Positions 5,455-6,257 of a stretch of 6,257 bases of DNA are shown here, piece by piece (positions within the stretch are counted from its first letter, which is position 1; every line of letters begins with the position of its first letter). The translations under genes and the position numbers were made by a program. Source of the DNA: a virus; the IMG/VR virus record IMGVR_UViG_3300045988_039808, positions 1 through 6,257 of that record, one strand, 5' to 3'. A model generated the notes under the pieces. The model searched no databases and had not been told where the DNA came from. It saw only the letters and a list, made by a program, of their open reading frames with translations.

Positions 5455-5790
5455 TTATCCCGCCGATTCCTGTTGCGAAGAAGTATCTCCAACTTCCTTC
5501 GAATCGAGGGCATTTTGTTCTTGTTGTTCTATTTTTCCGTAGTTTTTACTTTTTGCAAGGTTTGCTTGGTTTACTGCGTCCATAGCTTCTTGTGCAATCT
5601 CCCATCGATCTGTACGAATATTATACGCTGGAAGTACACCGTCTTCTCTGTTGGTGTAGATAATTGGTGCGCCATCTGTGATAGGTTCGTTGTTTTCGGT
5701 AATTCTACGAACTTTATTTTCAATACTTTCTCCATCTTGGAATTCATAGTTTGTTTTTGGAGGTCTTGGAAAGAATTTTGGCTTATTCAT
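5455..5790 (-). CDS. Hypothetical acidic protein of 111 aa between VP1 and VP2. It may be an internal scaffolding (VP3-like) analogue.
   Basis: The ATG lies 11 nt after the capsid stop. The protein has 19 Asp/Glu against 14 Lys/Arg and is Gln/Glu-rich at the C-terminus. It occupies the VP3 slot of gokushovirus gene order, but I cannot assert sequence-level similarity. Confidence 0.5.
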   Translation of the reverse strand: MNKPKFFPRPPKTNYEFQDGESIENKVRRITENNEPITDGAPIIYTNREDGVLPAYNIRTDRWEIAQEAMDAVNQANLAKSKNYGKIEQQEQNALDSKEVGDTSSQQESAG

Positions 5791-5801
5791 AATTATAAGT
5801 T

Positions 5802-6257
5802 TTAAATGTTAGGAATAACTTTTGCTGACATGACACGTCTGGGTTTTGTGTTAAATGCAATTTGGACCCAGAAATTTTGAGCGGATATGTCTGTGTCTGC
5901 GAAAATGCTGTTGTATAGGTGAGGAAATACATAGGTTGTATATGTATTTATATCTCCGAATACTCTATTTAGACACATCCAACCTTCGTTTTCGATGAGC
6001 GCGAAATTGCCATATGTTTTATTCACATTGGTCATATATTCAATCCAAGCGGGTTGTTTCCCAATTGATTTTTTTAAATTTGTTATGTCAGCACTGGCGT
6101 TGATATTTTGATATAACCTATCTTGAAACCCGATACCGTCTAACTGAGGTTTATGTAAGTCGTCCATTGTATTAAGGTATAAATCCCAGTCATTCCCTTG
6201 AAAATAATCGACTCTTGGAGTAATAGATGTAATACAAAATATATATCCAGGTTCGTC
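5802..6257 (-). CDS. VP1: C-terminal part of the same major capsid protein. The unique portion is 5802-6180, and 6181-6257 re-reads the duplicated bases 1-77. The stop codon is at 5802-5804. The full protein is 674 aa.
   Basis: This segment is in the same frame as the 1646->1 segment, because the genome length of 6180 is divisible by 3. Translating from 6257 gives DEPGYIFCITSITPRVDYFQGNDWDLYLNTMDDLHKPQLDG..., which runs straight into the 121-aa track ORF 5802..6167. The C-terminus FWVQIAFNTKPRRVMSAKVIPNI is typical of microvirus capsid proteins. The track ORF beginning MDDLHK is not an independent gene. Confidence 0.88.
   Translation of the reverse strand, partial: DEPGYIFCITSITPRVDYFQGNDWDLYLNTMDDLHKPQLDGIGFQDRLYQNINASADITNLKKSIGKQPAWIEYMTNVNKTYGNFALIENEGWMCLNRVFGDINTYTTYVFPHLYNSIFADTDISAQNFWVQIAFNTKPRRVMSAKVIPNI
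6181..6257. repeat. Terminal direct repeat, copy 2 of 2. It duplicates 1-77.
   Basis: Exact 77-nt identity with the window start. Confidence 0.9.

Noticed and set aside
5403-5805. Plus-strand ORFs 5403..5585 and 5446..5805, antisense to ORF111 and spanning the intergenic region.
   Set aside because: They are Cys/Phe/Leu-rich and overlap each other. They run opposite to the only transcription direction supported here. Their openness reflects the A-rich coding strand.
5802-6167. The 121-aa track ORF beginning MDDLHKPQ, treated as an independent gene.
   Set aside because: It is the in-frame C-terminal continuation of the capsid protein. The frame stays open upstream through 6257, which duplicates bases 1-77. 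The genome length is divisible by 3, so the frame is preserved across the junction.
1-6257. Search for tRNA, CRISPR array, integrase or transposase.
   Set aside because: No cloverleaf-capable GC-rich segments, no regularly spaced repeats and no recombinase-like ORF are present. The genome is fully accounted for by microvirus genes and two intergenic regions.

Overview
This window holds one complete circular ssDNA phage genome of the family Microviridae. Bases 1-77 are repeated exactly at 6181-6257, so the unit genome is 6180 nt and the repeat is a circular-assembly artefact. Every credible gene is on the minus strand.

Gene order on the minus strand, 5'->3', is as follows. A cassette of four to five small ORFs runs 2816->1643, translationally coupled. 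The major capsid protein VP1 (674 aa) runs 1646->1, wraps across the circular junction, and continues 6180->5802. An acidic 111-aa ORF follows at 5790->5455, then a 148-nt intergenic region rich in hairpins. The DNA pilot protein VP2 runs 5306->4170. The rolling-circle replication initiator VP4 runs 4168->3038 and carries an HUH motif plus a phiX174-type YxxKY dual-tyrosine active site. A 221-nt intergenic region with hairpins and direct repeats closes the circle.

The capsid protein is large at 674 aa, no gene has a Shine-Dalgarno sequence, upstream regions are A-rich, and GC content is low. Together these point to a Bacteroidota-infecting microvirus, Alpavirinae-like or gut-microvirus-like. 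No tRNA, CRISPR array or integrase is present.

The parts worth follow-up are the ~1.2-kb cassette of uncharacterised small proteins between the replication protein and the capsid gene, and the two structured intergenic regions. The cassette includes a single-transmembrane candidate lysis protein, a strongly acidic protein coupled to the capsid gene by an ATGA overlap, and a tiny basic protein. There are also long basic ORFs overprinted in alternative frames inside the replication and pilot-protein genes.
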